Shown: positions 15,900-30,900 of the stretch, piece by piece | Numbering within the stretch: the stretch's first letter is position 1 | Layout: each line of letters begins with the position of its first letter | NCBI RefSeq assembly: GCF_009914755.1 | Contig: NC_060938.1 | Direction: 5' to 3' (one strand) | Source of the DNA: the human T2T-CHM13v2.0 reference genome, Homo sapiens | DNA: 64,000 nt | Position numbers and translations under genes: made by a program | Notes under the pieces: generated by a model | Told to the model about the DNA's origin: nothing | The model's input: only the letters and a program-made list of their open reading frames with translations | Databases searched by the model: none

Positions 15900-16560
15900 T
15901 TATGAATGCCTCCAAGAAAGCATTCTTGAATTTGGCTCATTGTGTTGTATGAACGGTGATTGATCTTGTCAGGCGAAAGTCAACCACACTTAGCCCCTTG
16001 CAAAGCAAACAGCACGGGCAATATCTTAGTCAAGTTCTCTTTGCTGCTGCTTCAGCTGTCAAAGTCACTGGTGCAATGCAGCATTCAAGGTAATTTCCAT
16101 TTAGTGGTGAAAGCTGTTTTCTTCAATTTCTTGGCTTCTTTGTCTTTTCACTTGCCCCCTATCCATCTAATACCATTCCCGTGTCATTGGCACACTTATA
16201 TTTACCTCACCTCGCTGATTTCTCCCCACCTGCGTGACATGCCTAGAGCCCCAGTGCTGCTGATGCATTATCCATCCAGGGCTTTGTTGTGTGGTGACAT
16301 TCCAGAGCAGAGCTCAGCCCACGGGCATCTGCCAGTGCACAGGAACTCTCCTTTCTGGCAGTTATTCAGTTTGATTACACACGATAATAAGCTATTAAGA
16401 GGCACTCAAGCACGGCCCTTTATTTACCAACAGTGGAAATCCCCCCGTTTGCTTCCACTGTGTAAGAAAATAATTGTAGTGAAGTAAACAAAAGGGAAGG
16501 GCAGTCACCTGTGGTGGGAACAGTGCTACAGGGTAGTGAGTTTAAGTCTCCTAAATAACA
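15900..16560. promoter_or_regulatory. Candidate conserved non-coding enhancer
   Basis: Repeat-free, higher-GC block with TGATTGAT (15957), CTGTCA (16056), GGAAATCCCC (16435), GTAAACA (16484); function inferred. Confidence 0.5.
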
Positions 16561-18294
16561 AAGGTGTCAACAGATCAGTCACATCAATATTCAAAACTAT
16601 CATGTAGATAGAGCAACTGGAAAAGAAGTATATCCAGTGTGTATGATCCCATAATCTAGTTTTCAGAAACGCTATTCCTGGTAGAAGTGGATGGTTTTTT
16701 ATACAGTCACACCTTGTGAACAAAATGCGTATTAGGATATTGAAGAATGCTTGCACAAAGCAAGTTACCTGTAACAAACACTTTAACAACTATTGAAAAT
16801 TCCATGTTTCCATTAATAATCCATAGACTTCTGCTTTATTAATTCGGTTACAAGTGTATTTTCTGTGTCAATATTTACAGCAAATAATGCATTGCATAGA
16901 AGTTCCTATTATTAATATTCTCAAACTCTAGAAAGAGTGCCATTGTGGACTGATGTGTGGAGTGCACATAAGTACCAGTTGTTTCTGGGTCTCTTTCCAC
17001 TGGCAAATTTAAACAAGTAGTTTAAATTCCAAGTGGAATCATTTATCTGAGCAGCAAGCTATCTTTAACAAGATACCCTAAATTCTCTCAAAAGTAGTCA
17101 CCTTAAATAATTACAAACATCCACTACAGAGAATTCTATCTTCTCTCTAATGCCTTTTTTTTCCTCCTATCTGCAATCCTATCACCCCTACCCTCTACAC
17201 AGGCATTTTGGAGCCTGGAGGAAGAAAAAGGAAATTAATTTGTTTATCAGGTAGACTTGAAAAATAAGTGATTTTCCTTTGAAGGTCTCTTTCCTTCCTT
17301 TCACTGCATTGAATTTAGTGCCCTTCCTTCCCAACTTTTCCCCCACTTGTTAATACATTGCCTCCTCCCAGGGCAGCATCAATAAAGAGACCTAGAGATC
17401 CTGTTTTGCATTTGTTTACCCTCAGCCACAACTGGGAATATGATTCCTAGCAGCATACAATGAAATCTTGCTATTGTAGGGGGAAAACAAGAAGATGAAA
17501 ACTGTGATGCTTATGGAGTTCACTGCAACAAGAATAGATTGAGCCCATGTGGATATATGCTTCACCTATGTATGTATTTATAAACTATTCTCTGTATGTC
17601 CATATGGGAAGTTGGTTGAATTACATGCATAGCCCATGCACTGTATGGAGGGAAAAATGTGAGAATAACAATACTATTTTTTTTTTACACACTCACAAGT
17701 GCACATAAGTACTAAGCTCGCATATCTATTTTCTAAGTATGTTTTCCAGTAATTCATCTAAGAAAGTCAGCAGGTGAGATAAATGTTTAGATATAAATAA
17801 AACTAGCTCTTAGAAGCCCATTTAGCTCCCTGCAAAAAACATCTCTAAACACACTGAGTATCTTCTCTAAGTAAGGCCTTCATCAAATCACAACTATAAT
17901 TGGGTGGATACAAAAAGATAGGAATCTAGTTAGTAATTACAGAATGATTGTGGTGCCTACATGAAGTTTTTAGTCTGAACTGCCCAACTCCACAAACAAA
18001 TATGTGAAATATCTAACATTTCTCAGAGAACTAGAATTAAATTGCTATTATTTTGGAAATGCAAACATTATTAATCTAGCAAATAATTTCTGAAAACCTA
18101 TGAAACATTAAAATATGAGTACTGCAAAATTTGATACTTGGAAATCTTGGAAACTAGAGACAGATCCAAAATTACTCTGATGTTTGCAATTTCTAACATG
18201 ATATAAAAATATTACCACCTATTGTTTAATTCCTTCTAAACCAAGATAAAGTAGATACTCCGTTGTCCAAATTCCTCCCATCCCAATCTTGTGA

Positions 18295-18780
<486 letters not shown>

Positions 18781-19559
18781 TAACAGCTTTATTTCCAGAA
18801 AAATATAAGTTCATAAAGTCTACCTTGTGTAAAATTCACAGAAACAAACCAATCCATTCTCCAAGTATTTTAAGAAATACACAAATTTTCAGAAACAAAA
18901 ATCTGCATATATGAAAATCAAAGTGTTTTTTGTTTGTGATTGTTATGCAAACTCCAATTTCCTTCATTTCTGACCAAGAGAACATTCTTCTAAGTTTCAT
19001 TCCAAATAGAAATTTCTTTCCTGATGGCATCATTTAATAAAGACCAGCTGTCATCCTTCAATCTAAGAGAACATTAAATCATACTTTCTGTATCTTAAAA
19101 CATAGACAATCTTTTCAAATTGCAAAGTTCTCACAATTTAATGGAAATTTTAACTTGTTTGGCTTTGTGGGCTATTCAATAGTTTTCTAGGTAAGTAATC
19201 AGAGAAAATATTCTTGTGTGGTTTTGTGCATACATCATTTCAGCAGTGTAGCTAGCTCTAAAGCAGATAAAACTGGGGGAGAATAGTGAGTTTAACAATG
19301 TCAAAAAGCAATTGGTATTGGTAGTGGTATTGGTATCAACTTGTCTATTACAAAGACCACTCTATTAATATTCTTCTGTGGTGAAGACATTTAGCATTGT
19401 GAGAAATGGGATTATTACCAGTTATAGAAATCCAAGAGAAACCTTGGAAATGATTGTTTCTACTTTATCCTTTGGTAGTTTCTGTTACAACACTTTGTTC
19501 ATTAAAATCAGATTCAATCATGACTGCTGCACTGATTTAAAAACATATCTTATGAAGAG

Positions 19560-19890
19560 TTCCTGCCTTTCCCAGGCAATTCCTGTTTCTAATAATGTCC
19601 TCTCCCTGTTGGTCCACTTGACATAGCTTACTCATCTTTCAAGAAGACCCTGCTCTTTGTGGTCTGTTGCGTAAAACTGCTGTCTTCCAATGCAGTTTAG
19701 CCCTCTCACTCATTAGGCTCCCACAGACCTTCGTCCCAGTTCTGGGAGAGCCCTGGCCCTGTTGCATAAGAATGATTTATCTTCCAGTCTGTGTTCCTGA
19801 CTGGAATATGAGCTTCATAAGAGCAAGGATTATACCTTTTTCTGCCGCATAACCTCAAGCCATATCTGACATACAATAAAGTGCCCCAGG
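19560..19890 (+). mobile_element. L2 3' fragment
   Basis: ttactcatctttcaaga...gactggaatatgagcttcataagagcaaggattat...atctgacatacaataaagtgc. Confidence 0.5.
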
Positions 19891-20461
19891 GGGATAGAGA
19901 CGAGTGCTAGGGAAGTTTCTGTTTAAATGTACACAACAGCAACAAAAAATGTGTGACTATATTTCCTTCTCATTGTCTTTAAGCTCTCTTTGTTTGTTTG
20001 TTTATTTTGTTTGGAGGGCAGTAGTGTTTTCCAGGGAGGTTTAGAATAAATTGCAAGCTCCTGAAGGACAGGGAACTTGCTTGATTTGTTTCTTCTTAGA
20101 GCCCCCAAATACAAGTGGTCTGTGCAGTGGGCAGTGAGTGTTGAATCAACACTCCAACGCTCATTGCTCATCTTGAAAGTAGGTCATAATGTCAACTGAA
20201 AATAATATTGTCTTGTCAATTATAAGTGTTATAAAACAAAAAAGATTCTCTTTATAAGTAAATTCACTGTCTGATATTAGAAAACAATTGAAGTTTAAAA
20301 TACTTTTGCAGTGATAAGCCACAATTAAAGCAAATCAAATACATACACTAACAAAAGCAAAGACATTTATTGCCTCTTTGTTGTCTTCAAGGCATCCACT
20401 TATTCATTAATAAGTTCATTAATTTATTTCCTCATTCCTTTAGTGATCAATAATTATTACT

Positions 20462-20590
20462 ATTTTAAATTATGTATACATAATAATTGTATATATTTAG
20501 GGTATATGTGAAATTTTGATACAAGCATACAACATGTAATGATCAAATTAGGGTTGTTGGGATATCCATCACCTCAAGCATTTATTATTT
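20462..20590 (-). mobile_element. L1MA/L1PB-type 3' tail inserted in an antisense L2 end
   Basis: tacataataattgtatatatttagggtatatgtgaaattttgatacaagcatacaacatgtaatgatcaaattagggt...atatccatcacctcaagcatttatt. Confidence 0.75.
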
Positions 20591-23500
20591 ACAGGAGACC
20601 TATTGTGCAGGCACAATTCTAGTTTTCATGTGGTTTGCAGTGTAGTGATGAAGACAGACATTGAAGGGATGAATGGACAAATGATAATAAAAATAAAAAT
20701 ATAAAGAGTCCTGATTGCTACTGGAGAAAGTATAAGGGAACTCTCATCTTGTCACTGATGGAGGAAGATTGAGAGACTGGTGTAGAACAAGGAAGAAGTC
20801 CTTGAGGAAGTGTCACAGATGCCGAGTCCAGAGGCAGGAGGAGAGCTTGTCAGTCAAAGGGCTCAAGGGAAGGAAGAGAAAATGGTGAGGCAATGTTCTA
20901 ATGCGTGAATGTGATTTTTATGTAGCACAAGGGCAAGGTAGGTGGATGTGACAGTGGAGACATAAGGAAGTGTAAATTGAGGATATACAGAGATAGGAGT
21001 CAAAGAAAAATGCTTCATGAAGTATTTATGAAGTTTTTAGTTTTTTTAATCAACATTTATATTATTAGTATTCTGAAAATATTTTAGGCAAGTACAAAAA
21101 AATCCTAATTTTTGATCTCAAAGAACTTTACATTTATTGTAATTATTCAGCCCTTTATTTATATGGACTGCTAATAATTTATTTTCCAGGGGTTATAAAA
21201 ATTTGGGACTAATTAAGAAGGCCTGGCTCTCATGAATGGAAAGAGGTCAGTGAGTATAGTGAAAGCTTAAAGGGATGGAGCCTGAGCTAAATTGTAGCTA
21301 CTCTCAGTGTACGCAAATTTCCAGACAAACACCACGTCTTAGAAGAGGATAGGTCAAAATCTACCGGCAAGTGGTGTTGGAAAATTGACCCTATTAGAAG
21401 GATTGTGCAGTTGGGTTCAGAAAATAGGAGCTCTCCCTGTAAACTCCTGAAATTAACTTCTCTACGTAGATCGCATAAGTGACAAGCTGCTGTCTTTTGC
21501 CATAGTGAAATGCAAAGCCTTTCTGTATCAACGAAGTCTAAAGCAAGGTGTATCACCATGGCAACCATAACTCCAATCTCAAGCCAGAAAATGGACATTT
21601 TTTTATGTGCAGAATTTTATTGAGATGGTGGTCTCCAGCAGTTCCCAGAGGTCTGGTGTCAAAGACAGGGTAGGAGTAAGTCGGAAGTCATTATATATTG
21701 CTTATCAGACTGTTACGTTGGTTGTTAAGCAGCATCTCTGTACAGCTCGTTTCCTCTACTTTATTCAGAGATGGTTGTCTGTCTGACAAGCATAGTTTTG
21801 GCATTATAGGAAACTAGTTAGCTACTGACAACTGTTGCCTCATGATTTTGACTTTCTGTGTTATCCTGAATTAATTGTAGGTGATTCTGTAAGATTTCTA
21901 GGCATTATCATTTATTTTTTTCAATGTTATTTATGAACACTTCAGGTAAAAAGTAAATACCAAATTTTTCATCTTGTTTGCCTAATTATTTGTTCATAAA
22001 TAACAAACTGTAGGAGACTTAACATACCTGGAAGCTAGTTTGTGGCATATCTCCATTGCATATTAATGCATTCACTCTATTTATTAATATAGAAATAATA
22101 TAAATTGATATTTGTGAGTGATGTTACTAAAAACCTTGTGGGGAAAGAATTAAAGAATTAAATAGCTATGATGCTGATTATGTAGCCTTCTGAAGAAATT
22201 AACTTTTTTCCCTCATCTTTTGTTAAATGCAAACAAAAATTTTGTAAAGATTTAATTTTTCACTTTGAATTAATGATATGCACACATCAAGAGACTCACA
22301 GAAAAAGCATATTGTTTTAAATCTTTCTTATTAGAAAATTTCAGATTATTTTTTCTTGTGTAGTTTCTAAGTTAAAAAAATGACTACTTATAAATTCATG
22401 AAAACCAGTCTTTCATTATGAAAAACCTGGAAATACTGGTCAAACATATTGAACAGCAAATGAGGATATTAACCACTTTTATATTAAGAATTTAAACAGT
22501 TTTGCTTCTTATTTCACATACACATAGACATAAATTATCTTAGATATCAATGATTTATTTTCTCAGCACCTCTGTTGGAGGAATAAAGAAAATAATATGA
22601 GCAACTTAATTCTGAGGAAAAGGCAGAGGAAGAGAAATCACTTTCAAATATTTTTTCATGACTAGAAGTTCCTCCTTTTATTTACATTCAATTTGCACTT
22701 GATTCCTCATTAACATATGCCTTTATTCATCTTTTCATTAGCAGGGAATCATAGCAACCTAGGAAGACACAGAAAGACATTGTAAGTTTTCTTACACAAT
22801 AGATTGGAGGACAGAGTTGTCTTGTTTGTATAACTTTAGCCTTTTTTTATATTACTGAGGAGTCATAGAGCACTCTCACAGAGATCAACCCTGAATTAAT
22901 GACGTTGGGATGATGAATGAGCAATTCATCTAAAGCTTCCTTTGGATAGGCAAACAGTCTTAGACGTGTGTGAACTACTCTCCAGGCAGCTGGGGAATAG
23001 GTCAAGTCAATGCCATTCTTTCCCTGAAAGTACTTTCTGTTCTAGGCATGAGGTCCTTTCAAGGCAGCAAGAAGTATCACATAGATGACTCAGCGTCATG
23101 CACAGGTGCTGGTTGGATTCAGTTCTTGGACCTGGGATCATAGCCTATTCAGATTATCAGTGAGATGTTAAAGAATTCCTGTCCAGGATCAAAAACAAAG
23201 CAGGCATTCTCTCTTTTTTACGGTTGGTTTTCCATGATCCTTTTAAAGTGCAAATTCTCTGTTTTCCTAAAATTAATAGTTAAATCACTGCCTTAGATTT
23301 TGACTTGTTAACTGTTTTTTTTTCCTCTTTGTGACATTACTGAACTATCTTACATAAGCTTGACTGTCCTGTCCTCATCTATAAAAATGAAGATCAGATA
23401 ATCTAAGTCACAGTGATATTTCCAGAGTTAAAAAGATAACACGTGCAAAATTATTGCAAAATCTTTGGGATGTAGACAGTTAGTACTCTTCCAAATACAT

Positions 23501-24408
23501 AAATCAGAAATTTAGCTCTCCTGAGTATTTTGTTTTTATTCTTCAACTGTTACTGGTAGATAAATTATTAAAGATTAAAAATGTAAAATTGTGACTTAAC
23601 TAAAATGTCTATATGAAAAATTAGAACTTCATTAAAGAGTTTTAGATTAAAGATTTTATGATCTGCATCGGCAATTTCCTAATTCTATTATATTTTATAA
23701 CCCTGCTTTAGATCAGTGAAGGATGTACATCTTCACAAGAGTACAGCAGAAGCTGGAAAAGTCAGAGGCTGAGTAGCATCTCTGATTCTTTAATATCAGG
23801 TCACTCACTTGTTGAAACCTTTCTTTGTCCTTGAGGAGTTAATTAGATTTCCCTTATTTCCTTTGCATTATTAAAGATAAATAATAATTGTAAATTGAAG
23901 AAGCACTTCTAGATCCTTTCATGGTGATGGATAATCATTCAGAGTATAAACCAAGTGTTTAGCCATTTGTAGACTCATAGTGCATTTTAGAAGTAAGTAG
24001 AAAAAAAACAAAAACAAATGCTCTGATGAGATAAAAGTTGGAATGTATTTTGTATCTTAAATGATATTTTTTATTCTTCTCATTTTTTGTATAGTTAGAC
24101 ATTTAATATAACCAAACTTATGTAACATGAGGCAGAGTGTGGTCTGAAATCTTTACTTCAAAGTTATTTTGAAAAAAAAAATAGAGCCAGAAATGTCATT
24201 TTGAGGTAGGAGTAGTCCCTTAACTACTATTATTATATAAGCTTAATGCTTCCTAAAATTCTACTGTATCAGAACACCCAGAATAAATTAGTGCTCTCTT
24301 ATTGGTGGCTTTGAGGTCTTGTACAACTAAATGAAATTTAATATCATCTAAAAATATCTTATTGTAATAAAGAAGTCAAGATCATAATTTTAGTCAGCAT
24401 CATTCTAA

Positions 24409-24763
<355 letters not shown>

Positions 24764-25682
24764 AATAATATACATTTTTATCAAAGTATCACAAACTTAT
24801 ATTGTAAGGAACTGTCAAAACAAATCTTACATCCATATTCTAGTGGCTGCTACCCCGAATGTACTTATAAATCAAATTCTATGCCTTTTTTCTAATTTTG
24901 TTGTAAGCATTAATTGTTAAGTTATTGTCAAGATTGACTATGGTCATGAAATTATGAATCTTCAGGAAGATATTCTGGTACTTTACCAAGCTTTGCAATG
25001 AAACAAATCCTCTTCCTAATTTCCAGGAATACGTCATTGTTTTTATTTCTTCTCTTGTTTCTGAGTACTCAGTTTCTGAGTACAACACATTTTGGGGGAA
25101 AACTTTACAGTGCCCACTATGACTTACTTTAAGGTTAGTTTAGGGTGAAATCTGATTGTAATTTAATCACTTCAACTTTTCTTAAAATACAAAGACAAAG
25201 AAAAGGATAGTTGAGAAAATAAAATATTCCAAAAATAGTTTTTCATGGTGACCTCTTACAAGATCTTGCTAAATTTCAACTGTCAAGGAAAAACTAGTCA
25301 ATAAAATGAATATAATATTAACTGACTGTTTCATTAATGTTTAAGTTACTATCTCAGTAACTTTTACTTCTTTATTCATTTGACATATATTCACTAAGCA
25401 TTATAAGATGCTTATAATGCTTAGCCAAATGTTGTAAAATTTTAAGCAACTAATAGTTTTAGAGAGGAAGGATGAAGTTAAATTAAAACTTAGGGATATT
25501 TTATATAAATAATTCAAATCAAATCAAAATCAAAACTACTGGTAATAACATATGAGTCCAGAGAAAAGGGAAAGGGATTTCTGAAGAAAAGCCAATTGAT
25601 GATGTGTCAGGTAAGTAAGGCTTTGAGAGAGTGAGCATGGTTTGTATAGGTAGAAGAGAAAGATCATTCTAAAAAAAAATGA

Positions 25683-26257
<575 letters not shown>

Positions 26258-26912
26258 TCATCCTAGAGGAAAAAAATCAGAAGTGATTTAAAAACGAGTG
26301 CTCTACAATATTATAAATAATATTGAGAAACTGAATTTCAATTAAATGTCCAAAAATAGTGATACAGTTAAATGAATTAGAATACATCTTGGAACGTGAA
26401 ATGCTCATGAAACCTCATGTTTTAGAAGATTATTTATCACATAAAAGTTTAATACTCTTTAGAAAATTAGGCTGAAAGCAGATACTGGTACTATTAAAAA
26501 TATTATTTCTGGTTATCAGTTGATGAGGGATATGCGGGGTGATTCATTTCTTTGTTCTTTTCTGGATTTATAAACTTTATACATAGGGTATATATTATTT
26601 TGTACTACACGGTGTTTTTTCACTAAATAACCTTGAAATAATTTTCCACAGGATATTGTCATAAAGAGCTCTGTATTTTAGGAAGGCCACCCGGTGAGAG
26701 TGTAGAGCTGAGATGAAGGGAGGCAGGAGCCATGTATTATAGAACTTATATTGAGAAGATATTGGAACTCAAGGAAAAGGTGGGTGAAGGAAATATGATT
26801 GGGATTTGATATTTACATGGACATAGGTATGAAGGAAAAGATTGTCAAAATTTGGAGCCTACAAATTTGATTGTAATAAAAGTCAGTTCTTTGAGTGATA
26901 AAAACAATAATG

Positions 26913-27273
<361 letters not shown>

Positions 27274-29405
27274 TCAAAATATGGAGATGGAGCTTAAGTA
27301 GAAAAAAAAAGCAGAAGCTAAAATATGCATTTAAGGATCATCAAGTATTATGTTAAGCTATTGGAAATGATCAGTTACATAATGAAAAGAATGGATTGCA
27401 GAAAGAACAAATGCCAAAACCTGAGCCTTGGAGAATACTTTAAATCCAGAAATGGAGGATAATAAACAGCAAATAACCCAATGGAAAATGGTTAATTGGC
27501 AGTGCATGGGAGAAAAAAGTAATTCTCAATGTCATTGGAAAGCAAAAAAAGAGTAAGGCGACATTTCAAGGTGACGATTGTTAGTGTTGTCAACTATTGT
27601 AATATTTTGAAAAACATGTGGCAAAAAAGTCATTGCAATAGAATATTAATAGGCGATGAACGTGGGAGAAGCTCAGGTACTTCTCTGGTAACTGCAGACT
27701 TCAAGCTGGATTAAACACTACTGTTTAAAACTTGGGTGCAACACTGAGAAGCTGTGAATATTTGGAAATTGACTTCCACTACCTACCTATAGTCCATGTG
27801 CACGATGGCACCAATGAATAAACTGAATAATGAATGCTTTCAGTATTTTTTTTTCGGAACATAACTGAGATATAATCAAGAATTTCACGAAGTGTTCTGA
27901 AAAAAAAAGAAAAAGAAAAAGAAAAAACTCCAGTTCCATGGGACATTACTAGTGTGAGAGTTACATGAACAAAGTATTCTGGAATAAAATGACTTTGGGA
28001 AACTGAGTTATACAAAGTTGAGAAAATCTCTTCTTTAAAGAAAGTCTTTATGTGATGTTAATTATTTTAATTATTTTTGTATACACTGTAGATTTCAGAT
28101 AATAAGCTTTGGAACAAAGTGATTCCTAAAATTAACTGTGACTAGAACTCATTTTTTCAGGCACTATCTCTCAGACTAGTTTTCTGTTGACTGGACAGTG
28201 GGAAATGATGATAGACTACTGTTGTGAGAAGCTTGGCCTTCCCCCTTGTCCCAAGGACTTCCTATCCTACAGCTTCAGGTTTTATCTATGCTTAGAACAA
28301 TGGAAATGCTAATTTACTGTTCATTGTAGGCTATCCTCTTCATCTTTCTTCACACTTTTTATTTGCAATCACTTGGTAAAATATTCTTTAGAAGAGATAC
28401 CTGTAGCCAACATAAGACTGGACAGATGCTATCCTTTTCTTCAAAAATAAAACATGACTTTTGATCTTTGACTATATTGAGCATTTCAGTGCTTTCCTTG
28501 TGGAATAGGTATCATTCCACTATAGTACATATTTTAATAATAATGTAAGAAAATTATTTTTAAGACTGAGATATTAACCTGATATTTAATATTTACTTTC
28601 TTTTTATGCATGAGCATTAGCTATTTTTCAGCCATACACCTGAATTGAATTACCCTTTTCCTCTTTCTCTACTTACTGACTTTTGTTCTTTAAGCATCAC
28701 TTTATCAAAAAGACTTCTATGATTTCTAAGCTGAAAACTCCTACTTTGTGCCTACTGTTATGGAATAATTTACCACTCTGCATTGTGGTCTTTTCCATTA
28801 AATGTGTTTTGAACAACTAATTGCAGTGTCTAACATTTAGTTATTGATTAATACTTGGTAAATGAATGAGTGAATAACTGAATGCCATCTTCTATATATT
28901 TATGAATTCTGAGAATCCATATAAAATGTTTAATTACAAGAGGTTTTAAAGCTGAAATGACTCAGTAATGCAATATGTATTTTTTATTTCTTAACCAATT
29001 TCTCTGGAATTTTCTTTACACTAAAAACTGTTCTAGAATACAAGGATTTTATTTAAAGCTACAACTTACAAATATGAAACAAGAAATGCTTCTCAGTATC
29101 TCATATCCCTTCCCTTTTTTTCCTAATTATCTTCCGTTTCTTCGTTCTTTAAAGTGAACAGATGGGCTGTTCCAAAGTTTTTACAAATCTACTTGCTGAA
29201 CATTCTTACAGACTAAGCAACAATTGAAAATGAAATCCACCAGTTGTTTTACTGCTCTACCATCAACTGGAGCAATAAAATGATTCCATGAGGGAATTGT
29301 TGCCACTAGAAAATGTGATAATGCAACTTTCCATTTCCATTTACTTTCATTAGTGATAATAGATAATTTCTTCTTGTTTTTCCTCCTATCTTTTTCTGCA
29401 TATAA

Positions 29406-29581
29406 CAGTGATTTCAAATTCTTTCAGCTGCAGAAACTTTCTTTAAAAATTATCTTCTGCATATTTCTAGTTACACAGAAGTAGAACCCCATGGTGAAGG
29501 GTCAACTCCCACCTTCTTGTCTTAAGCCACTGGAGTGGCCTTTGAGATATATCCATGGAAAAAACAGTTGCAAAAACACTG
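29406..29581. mobile_element. Old hAT-Charlie MITE
   Basis: cagtgatttcaa ... ttgcaaaaacactg termini resemble CAGTG-type TIRs; TSD not recognisable. Confidence 0.4.
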
Positions 29582-29899
29582 GGCTGAAAGCTTTACCTTT
29601 CCCTAATGAGTGCCATTATAGTTGACATTTTAAACCAAAGTTTACCTTTCTATGGCAGGACTTTTGGGGCTTCACAGTTATGGCCAATGTGTTAATACTA
29701 AAACAAATTATATAATTTTTAAAGTCATTTGATGCAATGAAAGCTTGGTGTCATATTGTGGCTTGTTTGCTTGTTTTATAGAAGATCTATAAACTGTGTT
29801 TTGCTCTGAAAATAACTATATAGACTTAGAAAATAAAAGGAGCCTAAATAATTTGGAGGATTAATACAAATGTGACATAAAGAAATATACCTCTAGGCT

Positions 29900-30900
29900 A
29901 GTAATCTGAATTCTTGACAGAACAATAAAAACCAAAATTGTCAGCTCCTGACAGCTGTTTGATAGAAGATAGAAAATGTAGTAGGACTTCCCATCTAGTT
30001 CACATTATGCAGGTGTCCACATTTTAAAAAAATCATAATTGGCACTAATTAAGAGCATTGCTGGCAGCTTCAGCAAAAAGGCCATACACTGAGTGGGCAG
30101 GAAGATCTGCTTGGCCTCTAAGCCCCCGAGTCCCCGGCAGGTCACTGCTGAATTGAATTAACAAAGCTACTCTTACACTTTAATTCTGTGGAAAGAGAAA
30201 GTCAATTTTCTGGTGCCAGCAAAATAAGCAATTCCAGTGTGTTTATTCCTATACATTTATTAAATACATTGAAAGGCCCAACCTCAGGATCATCTTTGAT
30301 AATATGAATGGCTGCAAATATTTTCTATCTTGTTTGTCCCCTGTAAGAAGGCAAAGCAGCAGGATCACTTAGCACAAGTTCTGCAGTTAACATTCACACC
30401 ATTGACAGGAAAGATAATTAAGTGTGTGATGAACCTGCACCAACCGATAACCATAAATTTTGCTTTTAGGACTTGCTGCAAGTTCCTATTTTATGGCCTT
30501 TGTATTTCAGTGTAATGTGTTGGTAGTTTTGGCTACCAGATCCATCTGTGATTTTAATTTTGTTTGCACATGAAAATAAAGTTGGCAATTAAACTTATTG
30601 TCTTGGGATTTCCATCCTGAATAGTATTTTTTAATATTTTTTAGTGATGATAACATTGTAAGCGTACAAGAGCCTCCTTGGCTGGTAAGAATAAGGATGT
30701 GTCCGTGTAAGCCAATCAGTGTTAAAAAGGTGCTCGAGGTTGGTTTTCAATCAATGTATTTAAAATTATTCAGCCTTACAGACCCACATTCAGTTTTACA
30801 TTCAGATGCAGTCCAGGGTTGGGGGGTGGGAGGAAAATAAAGCTCTGAAGTGGGGTACCTAATCATATAAAGGTTTTCAATTTTGTTAGGAATAATAGAG
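29900..30900. promoter_or_regulatory. Candidate enhancer/promoter block
   Basis: Repeat-free; 3x TGACAG, 2x TAATTA, CTTTGAT, TTTTATGG, CCATAAA, AGCCAATCAG, GGGGTGGG, TATAAA; function inferred. Confidence 0.45.

Noticed and set aside
15960-16487. 175-aa ORF as a protein-coding gene
   Set aside because: Starts at TTG, has no recognisable domain and no supporting exon structure; the open frame is explained by locally higher GC in the enhancer-like block.
30816-30833. G-quadruplex at gggttggggggtgggagg
   Set aside because: Does not provide four separate G3 runs with loops; at most a two-tier structure.
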